This document shows, piece by piece, positions 38,790 to 53,118 of a stretch of 64,000 bases of DNA; positions within the stretch are counted from its first letter, which is position 1, and each line of letters starts with the position of its first letter. The notes under the pieces were generated by a model, which was not told the DNA's origin, searched no databases, and worked only from the letters and a program-made list of their open reading frames with translations. Origin of the DNA: Octopus sinensis (taxonomy: Eukaryota); the NCBI RefSeq assembly GCF_006345805.1, contig NC_042999.1, positions 107,322,001 through 107,386,000 on the forward strand. The letters run 5' to 3'. Both the position numbers and the translations under genes were made by a program.

Positions 38790-39290
38790 AAGTCAAGCAG
38801 CAATTTGGCTGTAAATGGTGGACTGAATGCTAGAAAAAACAGTAAACTTACACAAAGATAAACACATATCAGCCAATAAAGGGCAATTACCACCCATTAG
38901 AATGTTTCTCTTCTGCAGCCTGTGGTTGGGCCTGAAGTGAGATGGGCTCTGCCAGGTGTAATAAAATTCCAAAGTTTTACCAAGTTTCACAATGGAATTC
39001 CTTTGACCCCCATCAAGAAGTTGAGACTCAAAATAAGGCAGTTGGATTGCACATTGAACCATGTGGCTGAAAAAGAAATTTATTAACCACGCATGAACTA
39101 AATTTTCTTCCAGCAACTTCAGACTTGAGATGGATTCACTACAGCTTGTAACATTGCTTCATTGTTATTCTTCTCTGTGGCATTGTCTGAAATTCCATTA
39201 TTAAAGCGAGAGAGATGGGAATAAAGTCTCGATGACCAATTAGTTAAATTTTGCTTTCGGTAAGTCTAATACTACTACATTGATTGGAAA
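38790..39290 (-). mobile_element. Penelope-like RT fragment
   Basis: LQKRNILMGGNCPLLADMCLSLCKF resembles PLE Q..GIPMG.NC.PL.ADL.L. Confidence 0.65.
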
Positions 39291-39939
39291 ACTTGAAAAA
39301 CCTCTCTTGACACAAACTTCAGAATGTGAGATGTTGTCAATTATATTTTCTAAATTGATAAAAGCATATATTCACTAAATTTGCTAAAATTACATCACAC
39401 AAATGTGTGTTCATGTTTGCGTATGTTATTTATATGTGTGCCTATGAGAATATATACACCAACCAGCCTGTGTTACAATAGATATCAATAAATTATTCTG
39501 AATGTGTATGTTTGTGTGTACATGTTTGAGAGCGTTGGCTTTATTTTTATTTTTCTGAAACAAAAATAGCAGACCAATAGATCAATCCAATCACCCTCTA
39601 AGGATTAAGATATGCAAAACATCTCTGAAGTTCACTTAATAATTAATCATTGCCAATATCAAGTCTACCACGAGACGAAAAATTGTAAGCCAGTGATTGG
39701 CATTTAGTGCTTTGAAGAAATAAAATAATCACACATACATAATATTCATAAGAATGGATAGAACTAATTTGAATAGTATAGATACCTTCAAAAATTACCG
39801 TTCTCATCTGTCTCATCATTATTATCTATGTTCTAGCTTCCACTTTTCCTAGCTAGCATTTGTTAGAGAGTAAGTTTTCTTGTACAGTATATTGTTAATT
39901 TCATCCTTTCATTTATAAGACTTAGTACCCTTAGATCTA

Positions 39940-40330
39940 ATATTACCATTTCCTCTCTGCCTTTTCTACCTCTACTATAAAGGCTTCTGCTCATGTCATT
40001 TCCATTCAGGCTTTCCCATCTCTCCACTTCTATCACATTTGTTGTGTTCAACCACATGAGGCTCCATGTTGACCACTGCAACAAGTCTTTTCTCCTCATA
40101 ATGTCATCCCACTGGAATTCTCTCACTCCTTGCTCATATCTTTGATCTGATATGTTGATCTACAAGGGTTGAAGCAGAACATTAATGGCCTCAATCTCAC
40201 TAGTCTTGGAGGGTTTGCAAAGACCATAAACCCCCGTTCACTTCTTGCAGATACCTAGGTGCTAGTGGGAAGCCTTTATTGGGATGGCCATGTTAGGAAA
40301 GCCTTTACTCATAGGTCTACTTTAACAAAG
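39940..40330 (+). mobile_element. Degenerate CR1-like LINE 3' end
   Basis: LFYLYYKGFCS, SF......HWNSL and DLQGLKQNINGL motifs across frames. Confidence 0.6.
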
Positions 40331-42029
40331 CTAACTTGGTACTAAGCTCCAACAAGAACAACATTGTTTGATTGTTTTAAAGCAACAAGTTGAAAATAAT
40401 ACTAATAATAACTAATCACATTCATTTACTATGCATCAGTCAATGCTGTCAAATTAAAGAGTCACCCAAACACTGCTGGCATTAATTTATAACAAAATTA
40501 ATTAGATTCAAAATAGCTGAGTGGCTAATTAACTTTCAGCTCATGAGCGACTATATATAGTATCAACCATCAGATTTTGCATGTATATTATAGATGCAGG
40601 CATAGCTGTGTGTTTGAGAAGTTGCTTCAAAACCATGTGGTCTGGGGTTAGTGCCAGACCAATACAAGTTACGTAGGTCGATTTAGGAGACAGAAGCTGA
40701 AGTTGTGCATTACACACACACACATACATTCACACACGTGCACACACACCCTACACACACGCACGCACACACACGCATGTATCTGTGTGTGTGAATCTGT
40801 GTTTGTATGGCTAAGCAATGGTAGACTTACTATATAAAAAATTCAATATCATAATTTTTCTTGCCTCTCTTAACTCTCCTCCACTTTTTCAGTCACTTGC
40901 TTTTGCTTACCTGATTCCAATTTTTATTTGTTTGTCGCCTCTTCCATGTGTTATATGCATATATGTGTGTGCTTCGAGCAAGGTCGTTGCCAGTGCATAA
41001 GTTGCGAATTAAAATCTTCCAACAAACCGTAGTCACAATTTATGTTCCTAACACTAGCTGAATGATAACTAAGTTGTTTTACTAAATTTTTATTATATTT
41101 AAAGTAATTGAAAGAAACACTGAGCATCTCAAAATAGATACAGTAACGAAAGGGTTTAATCTCATACTCAACTTTAAAAACAAGGCTTGTGGTTCTAAAA
41201 GCCCCGCCTCACCTGATGGAAAAGAGATCACTCTACACATCTCCTAAGGTCATTTATGGTTGTTGTTTTGAAGGCATAAATACCTTGTAACTATAAAAAT
41301 ATAGGGATAAATGCTTTCCTTCTTGCTCACTTTTGAATATATATCACAGGGAAAGATATGTTTTCTTAGGTCACATCTCACCACCACATAAATCTTCTCT
41401 CTAATAGGGTATTCATGTCCAATCTCACATCTTTCTTTATTGTTAGCATCACTTGCAAAGCCATTGCCAATCTTGGTTGTGTAGTTGATAAAACAGCATT
41501 TTTGCTTGTTACAATGAATTTCTTTGCATCTTTTGGTAAAATATGACTATTTGTTGAATTTAGCCACATTATTAAAATTGTTTAATGCATATTTTTCATT
41601 GCCCATTCTTGCTAAATTTGAACACTTCTATCCATGTTCTCAAAGATATAACGAGTTTTTGTATCAAGAAAAGGAATTTTTGATATACTAAAATATACTG
41701 AATGATGATGATGATGATGATGATGACGACGATGACAATGATGAGGACAATGATGATGATGACGACAGTAACAGAGGTTTTGGTGGAGGTAACAAAAATG
41801 ACGATGACGATGATAATGATGATAGATGCAATACACAAATTCAGGTGGGGAACTAACATGAATTTTGTTTGTGAAAAATGAGCTGAAGCAAACTTGACTT
41901 AAAGCGAGCAAACAAATATCATGTTAAGCAAATCAATAAAATAAGAGAATTGAACCAGACAAAATAAACAGCATAAGAAATGCACAAATGAAAGGAAACA
42001 AGATAACAGGTATCAATAATCTAGCTGTT

Positions 42030-42187
42030 TAGGAGTGGCTGTGTGGTAAGTAGCTTGCTTATGAATCACATGGCTCCGGGTTCAGTCCCATTGCATGGCA
42101 CCTTGGGCAAGTGTCTTCTATTATAGCCTCAGGGTGACCAAAGCCATGTGAGTGGATTTGGTAGATGGAAACTGAGAGAAGCCCCTT

Positions 42188-42219
<32 letters not shown>

Positions 42220-42425
42220 GTTTGTGTGTCTGTGTTTGTCCTCCCAGCATAGCTTGACAACTGATGCTGGTGTGTTTACGTCCCTGTAACTTAGCAGTTC
42301 GGCAAAAGAGACCAATAGAATAAGTACTAGGCTTACAAAGAATAAGTCCTGGGGTTGATTTGCTCGACTAAATGTGGCGCTCCAGCATGGCCACAGTCAA
42401 ATGACTGAAACAAGTAAAAGAGTAG
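42030..42425 (+). mobile_element. SINE family B full-length
   Basis: A box, B box GGTTCAGTCCC, CCTTGGGCAAG, internal (TA)n, tail CCAGCATGGCCACAGTCAAATGACTGAAAC. Confidence 0.85.
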
Positions 42426-43009
42426 TATGTAATAATTATTCTAAAGAAGGCACTGAATGAAGTAGCAATACAAGACAGGAGAAGAAGTAAGAAAATGAGA
42501 GCATTTAGAAAATAGTATTAAAACACATGAACCAAACTGTTTTGTGTCTTCAAAGAAGCCAACACATATTTAGTAGATGTTGAGGTAACAACTGGTTGTA
42601 AGACAGATGGATTGTAGAGTCAAGCGAAGCTAAAATTGGATTATAGAATGTTACATTTATATGTTGGCAAGAAAAGCTACTGCTTGGCTAAACCTAATGC
42701 AACTAAGCTCAGTAGAAACAGCTACAGGAAAAAGGACAGTGCTGATTGGGAAACACAGAACTCAGGTCTGAAGCTGAAGATTTCTTGATTGCAGTACAAT
42801 GCCAATACTTTTCACAAGGAACTATCAAATCATAAATGAGGAAATTTAATTGTAGAATACCTCAAGATCAGGAAGAAACAAACAAGTACATTCTTTCTAG
42901 CTAGTTTCCCTTTTCTTGTGGTAGACTTTTCTCCACTGCACCAACTCCAAGGCTTGTAGTCCTGTGGACTGCATGGTGACCTCAATAGTGCAGGTGGCAA
43001 GAAAAAAGC

Positions 43010-43175
43010 ACCCAGCCCACACTGTAAACTGTTTGGCATTAAAAAGGGCATCCAGCCATAAAAATCATGTCAAATCAGACACTGGCACTTAATGCAATAC
43101 TTGAACACATCAGAATCTGTCAAACTGTCCAACCCATGCCAGCAAGAAATATAGACACTAAATGATGATGATGAT
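43010..43175 (+). mobile_element. RTE tail fragment
   Basis: AAGGGCATCCAGCC...CCAACCCATGCC...(GAT)n. Confidence 0.7.
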
Positions 43176-43554
43176 GTTATATAGTTGGTTGGTTGGCTGG
43201 GTAGCTGGCTGGTTAGTTGGTGGGTTAGTTAGGTAGCTATTTATTTACTTATTTGTGCTCTGAATATGTGACAAGATACCATAGAAGGTTAAGACTTTAT
43301 TTTCATTTGTGTAAAGCTACCATTCTGATGTGATCCAGTTTATGGAGTATCATTATGAGTTAGGGCAATTACATAGTAGCAAGAGTCATATGTAGTTTAA
43401 AAGTAGATAAAAAACAGAAAACAAATTACTGTTATTTCAAATAATTCATTACATACATGTCAATAATGAGTGATCAATAAGTAAATCATTTACAAATCAC
43501 ATCATCAGATGACCAACCATATAGAATACACACACTTACACCACCACCCCCACA

Positions 43555-43595
43555 CACACAGACAGACAGACAGATAGACAGATAGACAGATAGAC

Positions 43596-43660
<65 letters not shown>
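43555..43660. repeat. (GACA)n/(GATA)n microsatellite
   Basis: Direct reading. Confidence 0.95.
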
Positions 43661-43661
<1 letters not shown>

Positions 43662-44224
43662 CAAGAGGAAGGATGTGAAATCCAGCTAGATACTGAATTC
43701 TCTGAGTAAAATGCCAAAGCTGGTTCCATCAGATGGTGTGTTTTTTGGTAGTCTACCTTTAGCTTTGATCCGATGTTCCAGTTTATTTCATAGCTGCTTA
43801 GAGTGTAAAGTACAATACTGAAAATAAGGAGAATGAAGAATTTGAACATTCAAACTTTAAGTTTACTTCCAGTTAAAATAATAGTCCAAGTGTTTCGATC
43901 ACACAAATCACATATTATTGCATATTCAATATGCAGTGATTTATGCATTATTGGTACAATCTCTTCAGGGCATATAAATATGACATTGTTTGAAAAGGAA
44001 TTTTCCTCCTCAAATAATTTAAATTAGACTTGGAAGTAGTAGTAGTAAACTCTGAACATTCTACAATGAGATGTTTTTTTCTCAAGTGCTTGTTTAGGTG
44101 AAATTCAGTAGCATCAACAGCAGCGATTATTGAGGTTTGCAATGGTTCCTGCTAGGCTGGGTGTGGCTAGTTATAGAAAACTTATTATTTTGAATGATTT
44201 TTCATACTTTATAGTCACAAAGCA

Positions 44225-44400
44225 CATACTTTTCTACTCTGGGCACACAGCCTGGAATTTTTGGGGAAGGGGCCAGTCGATTAAATCGACCCCAGTATGC
44301 AACTGGTATTTAAGTTATCAACCCCAAAAGGAGGAAAGGCAAAGTTGACCTCAGCAGAATTTAAACTCAGAACATAAAGATAGATGAAATGCTGTTACGC
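44225..44400 (-). mobile_element. SINE family A copy
   Basis: Reverse complement of core AGGAAAGGCAAAGTTGACC. Confidence 0.7.
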
Positions 44401-44844
44401 ATTTTCCCCTGAAGAAATTCTTCTTCAAACACTGTCATATTTATATGTCCTGAAGAGATCATACTAATAATGCATAAATTATAGCATATGAATATGCAAC
44501 AATATGCAATTAGTGTGATCAAAACACATATTGGACTATTATACTAACTAAAAATAAACTTAAAGTTTGAATGTTCAAATTCTTCATTCTCCTTTCAATA
44601 TATACATGTTTGAGCTCATCTTGTTATCTTTCATAAAGGGTGACTTTGGGTTACCTATGGTTACACTCTTGAGAACAAATCCACTCATAAGCCTTTGGTT
44701 AACCCAAGGTTATAGTAGAAAACATTTTCCCAAGGTGCTCTGCAATGGGACTGAACCTAGAACCATGTGGTTGGGAAGCCAACTTCTTACCATATATGTA
44801 TTTATATGTGTGTGTGTGTGCATGTATATATATATATGTATGTA

Positions 44845-45070
44845 TATTTCGTTACTGCCCACAAGGGGCTAAACATAGAGGGGACAAACAAGGACAGACA
44901 AACGGATTAAGTTGATAACATTGATCCCAGTGCGTAACTGGTACTTTATTTATCGACCCCGAAAGGATGAAAGGCAAAGTCGACCTCAGGGGAATTTGAA
45001 TTCAGAACGTAACGGCAGACGAAATACGGCTACGCATTTCGCCCAGCATGCTAACGTTTCTGCCAGCTCA

Positions 45071-45073
<3 letters not shown>
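44845..45073 (-). mobile_element. SINE family A, young copy
   Basis: CpG-rich; CGACCCCGAAAGGATGAAAGGCAAAGTCGACC. Confidence 0.85.
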
Positions 45074-45108
<35 letters not shown>

Positions 45109-45127
45109 TGAGCTGGCAGAAACGTTA

Positions 45128-45179
<52 letters not shown>

Positions 45180-45216
45180 GTGTATATATATATGGATATA
45201 TATACATATGTGTATG

Positions 45217-45270
<54 letters not shown>

Positions 45271-46002
45271 TATGTATATATATGTGTGTGTGTGTGTGTA
45301 TATACATATGTATGTATGGTAAATATGTACTCTACTAAAAACATTTGAGTAATCCTTCCACTCAACTTTAAATTGTTTATATATAACATTTGACATAAAA
45401 GCAAACATATGTATTTATACATGTATGTATATATACATGTGTGTGTATGTTTTATGTGTTATATATATATGTTTGTGAGCGTGTATAAATATCAATATAA
45501 ATAGATTAATACATAGTTATATATGTTATATAAATGTACAAATTAATATATACATAAGTATACATGTGTGTGTGTATGTGTGTATACATTATATATATAT
45601 ATGAGCATGGCAAAGCTGGTACTTTCATACTCTGGAAATTACACTTACATTATAAAACACCTGATATACCCACAGAAATTTTTTAAAATTACATACAAGA
45701 ATAAGCTGTAGGGAATGACAAAAGGACCACATGCTAGGATGGGACATGCGAATGCATACAGATAGGGAGATTAAGAAATATCATTCAGATGTTATCATTA
45801 AGAGCCATAAGATAGAAAAATAAATTCCACTGAACAGTGCATCAATTTCAAGAGAATTTCTAAACAACATGTAGAAACTATCCAAATATGAATATCTAGG
45901 AACTGAGATAACCATGATGTGGGGATTGAAAAATCTAAAATTTCCATAATAATAGGTGCACTGAGAATTAAAAAAAAAAACTATTAACAATAATGATAAT
46001 AT

Positions 46003-46087
46003 GAAGAAGAAGAAGAAGAAGAAGAAGAGAAGAAGAAGAAGAAGAAGAAGAAGAAGAAGAAGAAGAAGAAGAAAAAGAAGAAGAAGA
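46003..46087. repeat. (AAG)n microsatellite
   Basis: Direct reading. Confidence 0.95.
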
Positions 46088-47853
46088 ATATAAGCATAAA
46101 AGTTATTTAAAAAATTACAAATATAATCAAAATTTCAGGACTTTCATACATAACATGCACAAAATATCACTGTTGGGCACTGTATATTTATCATGTAGAG
46201 TACTCACTACATGATGGATAATGCAAAAACAGAACACAGCATGTACCTGGGGCACACAAAGCTGCACTCAGTTGTGCAGCAAAAACATGCAATAAATATA
46301 AAGAGAAATAATAGAAACTTAATAACAATAATGATAATAATAATAATGATGATGATAATGCTAATTGTTTCTAAGCTTCCTAAAATTTTCAGCATCAAGA
46401 ATTGCACTTCATTATATTTTATTAAAGGTAAACATGTTTCAGTTTTGTTTCTATGTTCCCCTTTGAGCGTTCATCATTGTTGTTGTCATTATCCTCACCA
46501 TCATCATCATCATCGTCACCATCACCATCATCATCATTGTCATCTTCGTTATCATTATCACTTTCATAATCATAAGGGGTTTTGATATAAGGTAAACTGT
46601 AAATATACAAACAAAATAAATACCAAATGCTGGTTGATTGGATTTTCTCACATGAATTTAATTGGAAATATTGTTGTTGTTGAAATGATTTTAAAAATAA
46701 CACTTGATGAAGAAATACTTTTATTTTGTTTTCAAATTAATTGAGAATAAATTACAGATGGAATTTATAATTTATTTTTTTGTTCTATTTTATTAATTTT
46801 TTTCAGATTCATTTCTTGAAGAGAAATAATGAAAATGATATTTTTTTAATAAATGAAAAACAAAAGTAAAATGATCAGTAATATTTGTTTAACACAATCA
46901 TCTTTTATTAATGAACTAGATTCTCTAGGAGGTCTACATAATTAATTGTATTAACATTACACTTTCTAATTAATTAAGCTTACATATTGACAAAACTTAT
47001 TTCTTAAGGTACAATATTTTCATTCTCAATGAATAGCATTTAAAAACTGTTTATTTATTTATTGAAGTTGTTTACATTGTTTCTCTTCTTTTTATTTCTA
47101 CGTTAACATCAGTTTAATAGACCTTCAAATTTAGAGTGTTTTCTGAATTTTGAAGTTGTATTTTATAGCTACTGGTTCTTTATGATTAATTTATCATTTT
47201 TCAATGCTCCACCATGGCCAGTTATATTTATTTTAGTGCAAGACATTGTAAGACATGTAGTTTTTAAATACCATACAGAAGAACCTAGATTTCAATTTGT
47301 AACTCTCATACAATAAATAATATTACTCTAGTTACAGAAAATTATATATTTTCCACATAAATTATAATAATTCATTTCCAAACTTTTAGCAACACCATTT
47401 TGAAAAAGTTCAGCATATGAGTAAGATTGATAAAATAAGGAGTGGGGTCAATAAGATCACATAAACCTCTGAAGTTAAAGCCCTAATCTGGTCACATTCC
47501 ACTCACTGAAAACAAAACACTAAAAGAATGACTGAACATAAATATGCATATATGTCTATGTTGGTGTGTGTGTGTACATGTAAATATATATATACACACA
47601 CACAAACTTGGAAACTGTATAAGGAAAGTGATTTATGCAAGTAATAGTAGTAGATGTGGAAAAGAAAATCAGGTAAAAATCAGAGTATTGTCATTCTTAC
47701 ATTTAAAATTTGAGGTTTAATGACAGAAAAATATCCAAGTGCAAAATAAGATACAGTGGATTTTGTAATAATAAAAGCAAGGAAGATAATTTCAAGAATG
47801 CAAAAGAAAATAAACTAAATTTAATTTTTGAATTAAAAGTAACAAGAATTTAA

Positions 47854-47888
<35 letters not shown>

Positions 47889-48659
47889 CCATGAAGACTA
47901 TATCTGTTGTTTTGTTTTTCTGAGGTTTATTTTTTAAAATTTCCATCTATCACAAATATTTCCATTAACTTAAAATAGCATAATAATTCTGCTGAAGGAT
48001 GAAGAAAAAAACAAAACATTATAAAATTCGAGTTGCTTCCATCCATTTTCTTCATGGGGAATCACTACTCACAAGAAATAAACCAGATTAAATTTAGTTT
48101 ATTTCTGAGAGTCTTTTATGAAATGAAACTTTTAAATTTTCAGTTGAACAATGTTAATGGTTTTCACAGGAAATCATTGCATTGAAATATTAGCAATAAT
48201 TAGGTGTTAGAAAATAAGCAAGAAAAGTTTTGATTAAAATTAGATAATAGGAATAGGCATATGCCTCATTTGAGATGTTAGTATAAAGTTTCGTTTCTGA
48301 AGTCAAGTAAAATAATCTAGATATAGCTGCAAGAAATGAAAATAAAAACCTTAACCAAATTTCTCAACCAAATTTCTCATTATTGATTATTAGTGATTCA
48401 ATCACTCCCAAAATAATTTAGAGAGAGGATCTTAATTATTTACAAAGCAAACATAGTTCAATATGGTCACTGACATTTGATTCTGAGGAGGGCATATAAT
48501 TCTGATTGCCTCTCTGACATTTCACAGGTTTCATGATTGGCTAGCTAATGGTCATATAGGTGTATACAACTGTAACAGTATTTACTCCAACAAAAATTAC
48601 CCACTGATGATACCGTTGAAAATGGGTGTTAAGAGGTCAAATAAAAAAGAAAAGAATTT

Positions 48660-49475
48660 ATAACAAGTGGACTTGGAGGGATTGCAATCCCAGAGGCACA
48701 ATCAGTGCGAGACCTGGGTATTTACATGAGTGATGATGCAACCTTTCATGTGCATGTTGATAAATTGGCAATGAAATGTAGGCGGCTGACCAGATAGATT
48801 CTTAGAACATTTAGAACAAGAGACCAGGAAACCACGATGGTCCTCTGGAGGACACTTGTCCTAAGCCACTCTGACTATTGCTCTCAGCTATGGTCACCAT
48901 CCACTGTCAAGTTAATCACAGAACTTGAGGTGATCCAACGAAGCTACACGAAGATAGCCTCTGTGCAGCATATAAGCTATTGGGAAGGACTCAAGAGATT
49001 GAGACTCTATTCCTTAGAGCGTAGGCGAGAAAGATATGCCATAATATACATCTGGAAGATCCTAGAAGGACTTGTCCCAAACTTTGCCATCGAGAGTTAC
49101 ACAAATGCCAGAACTGGGCGCCACTGCATAGTGCCAAGGACTCCAAATTTGCCATCAAGATGTAGGACAAGATACTGTGATAGCCTGGGCTTCCGAGCTC
49201 TTCAATATCCTACCAAAAAATCTAAGAGACCTGCATGGAGTGGATGCAGATGTCTTTAAAATGAAACTGGATCTCTTCTTGTTAGGTGTCCCAGATGAAC
49301 CAACTTCACGACAGGAGGTGCAGATGAGGGCAGCTGCATCGAACTCTCTCATGCACCAGATGGCAATTGCTAAAAAGCATTCGTGAAGTAAAATCATGTA
49401 GCAACACCAAATGGCGGTGCCCCAGCATGGCCACAGCTTGTGAGCTGAAACTAAATAAATAAATAAAATAAATAA
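48660..49475 (+). mobile_element. CR1-clade LINE 3' end
   Basis: VRDLGIYM, LVLSHSDYCSQLWSP, LKRLRLYSLERRRERY, LFNILP motifs; (AAAT)n tail. Confidence 0.85.
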
Positions 49476-51126
49476 AGTGTCTTGGCACTAAATAAAAATA
49501 ATAATGTATAATCCAGATTTAAGCACCTGGTAAAATATTTATATTCTGTCAAGAAGTAAGGTTCTTCATAGTTACCAAGAACTGATAACAAAATATAATT
49601 TTTGTCTAAAATGAAACCAACTAAGTAACACAATTTATGGAAGTCCAACACACCAAATATCAAAGGTTGATGAATAGTGATATAGATTGTCTAATCCATC
49701 TGTTGCTTACTGAGTTTTAATGAACTTTTAATGTTGATAAAACAGTTAAATGCTAGAATCTGGTCAGCAAAATATAGACAAAATAATTTACTATAATTTT
49801 AGTAAGGTACATCACTCTCCTTGGCTAAAATATTGCAGGGCTGAGACATCATTTCCTACTTTTAGGATGATGTAGTGCTAACTGTAATATACTGGGCTTC
49901 AGTTACATACATCTACTCCATAAAATAGATTTTGAGCTTAGCTGTAAGAAATCGATATTTAACTATGATGGGAAATAAAAAACCAAATCTTTGTTGTACA
50001 ATGACGATGAATTGAATTGAAAATGAAACTATATTTGACATGTTGAGTTTTATACATAATCCCCAAGTATTTCATATGCTGCTGTTATGCAAAAAGCTTA
50101 CTCACCAGGACTAACTGAGATATTTGCAACAACAGTGACAATAACAAAATCTGTGGATCAACATACTTGTTCTCAAACTGTTTTCCGTGATATATTTGTA
50201 AGCCATTTTCTTGCTGTCAAATTGCAACACACAAAGAAAAAAAGTACAACTCAATGGTAAAAATCAGGCATTAAATACAAGAAATTTAAAAAAAAAAAAA
50301 AAAAAAGAGAAAAATTATCAAACAAAAATATAACCTAAAATTTGTACTGAATGGCTGTTACATTATAATTAAGTCAGTGAAATTTTAGTGCTGGCACATC
50401 AAATGTATCTAAATCATATCTGCTTTAAAGAAAATATTTTTTAAACTTCCCAATTGACAGGTACCCAATAAGCATTCCTGTTCACACCAGGTGTTGTAAA
50501 CCTATAATTCTCCATTAAATTCCACTAGAAGTATAATTTATGATCAACTTTATAATAAAATATAGTTTACCAACGAGTGATTGCATGCAAAAACAACAAC
50601 TAATAAAAAACTAAAGATTGTGTTCAAACAGAGAATCAATCATTGCTCTCTTACAAGATGTCAATAAACAAGAAAGATTCCACTGACTGTAATAACGTAA
50701 AAAAAAATATATTAGTAAAATGATTGAGCAGAACATTTTTTTTTTCCTTTCTCCAAATTCTACACAAGAAGTCAAGTTACAACTGATAGCATTTACATCT
50801 AATGATGTTGGGGAAAAGAAATATGGATGATGGTGATCATGATGATGATAGGGATAAGTATAATAATGAGAAGAATGATGACAAAGAAAATGTTGACTTT
50901 GACATTCGAAATATCTGCTTGTAATTGCTCAGCCAGAAGCTAAATGTTGAATCAAAGAAACTTCTTCCATCCTGGCATAATGCAGTAACACTTACTACTA
51001 CAAGAAAAATGGTAAAAAAAGTATTTTGACTTTACTTACTGAATATGTAAAAAAAAATTCCTTCAAATCACACCCTACTATCTCTTAAAAAAAAAGAGAA
51101 AATGGAGGGACATACTGAATAATGTA

Positions 51127-52384
51127 TTGGGTTGGAAGTTAAGTTCCCACTGTTTTTTTAAATTTAAATTTTTTTAAAGGTTTAATAAAAATAACTAATT
51201 ACTCAATAATGTATTCACCCTTGTTGTTTACAACTTCTTCCCAATGTTCAACAAGATTTTCAATACCTCGTTGGTAGAAATCACATGATTTCAGCTCATA
51301 AAATTGATCCAACCAAGCTCTCAATTCTGCATTAGTATTGAACAAAACTGCATGCATAGCATTTGAAAGAGATCAAAGGAGGTGGAAATCTGGTGGTGCC
51401 AAATCAAGAGAGTACGGCAGGTGTGGCAGCACTTCCCAGCCATGCTTTTGAATGGCTTCCTTGGTCATGTTGGCAATATGAAAGTGGGCGTTGTCGTGCA
51501 GCAGAACTCCATGCTGCTGATTAGGTCTTTTCTCTTGAATAGCCATATTGAGTCATCCCATCTGTTGAACATAGAGTTCCGTGTTGATTGTTTGGTTCCG
51601 TTCAAGCATTTCATAATGGATAATCCCTTTCCAGTCCTTCCATACGCAAAATATTGTTTTACATGGATGAAGATCTTGTTTCACACATGGTGTCATTTGC
51701 TTACCAGGGCTAAGCCATTCCATACGGTGCTTCATATTGAAGTACAGGCACCATTTTTCATCACCAGTAACGATTCGGTAAAAAAATCTTTGCCTGTGTC
51801 TATGAACTGAGCAGTGACAAGCAAGCAAACCAGCGGAGATTGTGGCTCGTTGAGTTTTGTTGTTGTCACTTAAAGCATGCAGAACCCATGCTCCATACTT
51901 CTGAATCTTTCCCATCGAGTGAAAATGCTTCTCTATAGCAGTGTCTGACCATTCTCTTGTCATTTGATGAGAATTTTCCTGCAAATTTTGGTTTAAAAGC
52001 TCTTCATTGAACTCAACTGGATGGCCAAAACAAGGTGCATCTTTGAGGTCAAAATTACCATTTTTGAACTTGGCATACCAATCACGAGTGGTTCTTTCAG
52101 CTATGGCACCCTTTTCATACACAGCACAAGTGTCACAAGCAGCTTTGTGGCTTTAGAACCTTGATTAAAAGCCAAAAGAAGGAGGTGTTGAAAATGCTTG
52201 TTTTTCTTAACTTGACATTCCATTTTAATGATCAGAAAATAAACAAAAATTAGCTAAAATTAACTAGAATAAAAAAACAAAATAGATTCAAAAATGATTC
52301 AAAAATAGAATTCTTGTAAAAAATAGATTCCAAAATTTAAAAATGCAATAAATTCCAAAATTTAAAAAAACGGCGGTAACTTAA
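51127..52384 (-). mobile_element. Mariner (DD34D) transposon, near full-length, degenerate
   Basis: WYAKFKNG, IVTGDEKW, HDNA, PYSLDLAPPDFHL; TA+TTGGGTTGG TIR at left; right TIR truncated; inserted in the unclassified repeat (51050 / 52390). Confidence 0.9.
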
Positions 52385-52744
52385 ATTATTCATAAGGACA
52401 AGACAGGGTGGTCATGGCCAGAAATCCTTTGCTTATGGATCTCTTCAATCAACATTGGTCTAGAGTTAAACAGCATCATCATAGCGATTATTAGTTCATT
52501 ACTGACTCAAAACAAATACCATAATGGTAAATACGTCCTTCTAATTTTCAATTAGGGAAATGTGTGTAGTCTGAGGTAAAAAATTGAAAAACTACTGTAT
52601 GGATAACACAAAGGTAGGGAAATCTCAATCAAATATACAGGCATAAATGGTCATATATTTACAAGCTACAGATTGCAAAAAGATTCTTGCATATGAATGT
52701 AGACAGTTATATACTAAAGTGCTGATCATTTAAGTGGATGAAAC

Positions 52745-53118
52745 TTGTGGAAGAGGGTGACCCAGGAAGACATGGGACAAAGTATTGAAAGCTGATCTCA
52801 AAACACTGAGCCTGATGAAGGAGATGACTAAAGATCAAGATATCTGGCATATTGCTGTACTCAAGAAAACTTGTCTGCTACAGCAGAATTGATACTAGTG
52901 CCAGTGTCACAAAAAAAGGACTTGTGCTGGTACAATATTAAAAGCACTCGGTACGCTTTATGGCATGGTTGGCATTAAGAGAAGCATCCAGCTGGAGAAG
53001 CCTTGCCAGAACAACCAGTGCAGCCTGGTGTGGCCACAGGCCTTTTCAGCTCTGGCCAGGCCATCCAACCCATGCCAGCAAGAAAAACTGATGCTGAATG
53101 ATGATGATGATGATGATC
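52745..53118 (+). mobile_element. RTE 3' end fragment
   Basis: PRKTWDKVLKADLKTLSLMKEMTKD plus tail. Confidence 0.75.

Noticed and set aside
39863-40126. 87-aa minus-strand ORF that looks like an exon
   Set aside because: Antisense shadow of a CR1-like 3' end on the plus strand
41284-41569. Two overlapping open minus-strand frames
   Set aside because: Weak acceptor, no homology recognised
43757-43817. Possible 61-nt minus-strand exon ([20 protein letters not shown])
   Set aside because: Modest donor, no linkable neighbours
44405-44460. Two CTGAAGA motifs about 45 bp apart
   Set aside because: No intact GAAA or stems; at most a decayed hammerhead
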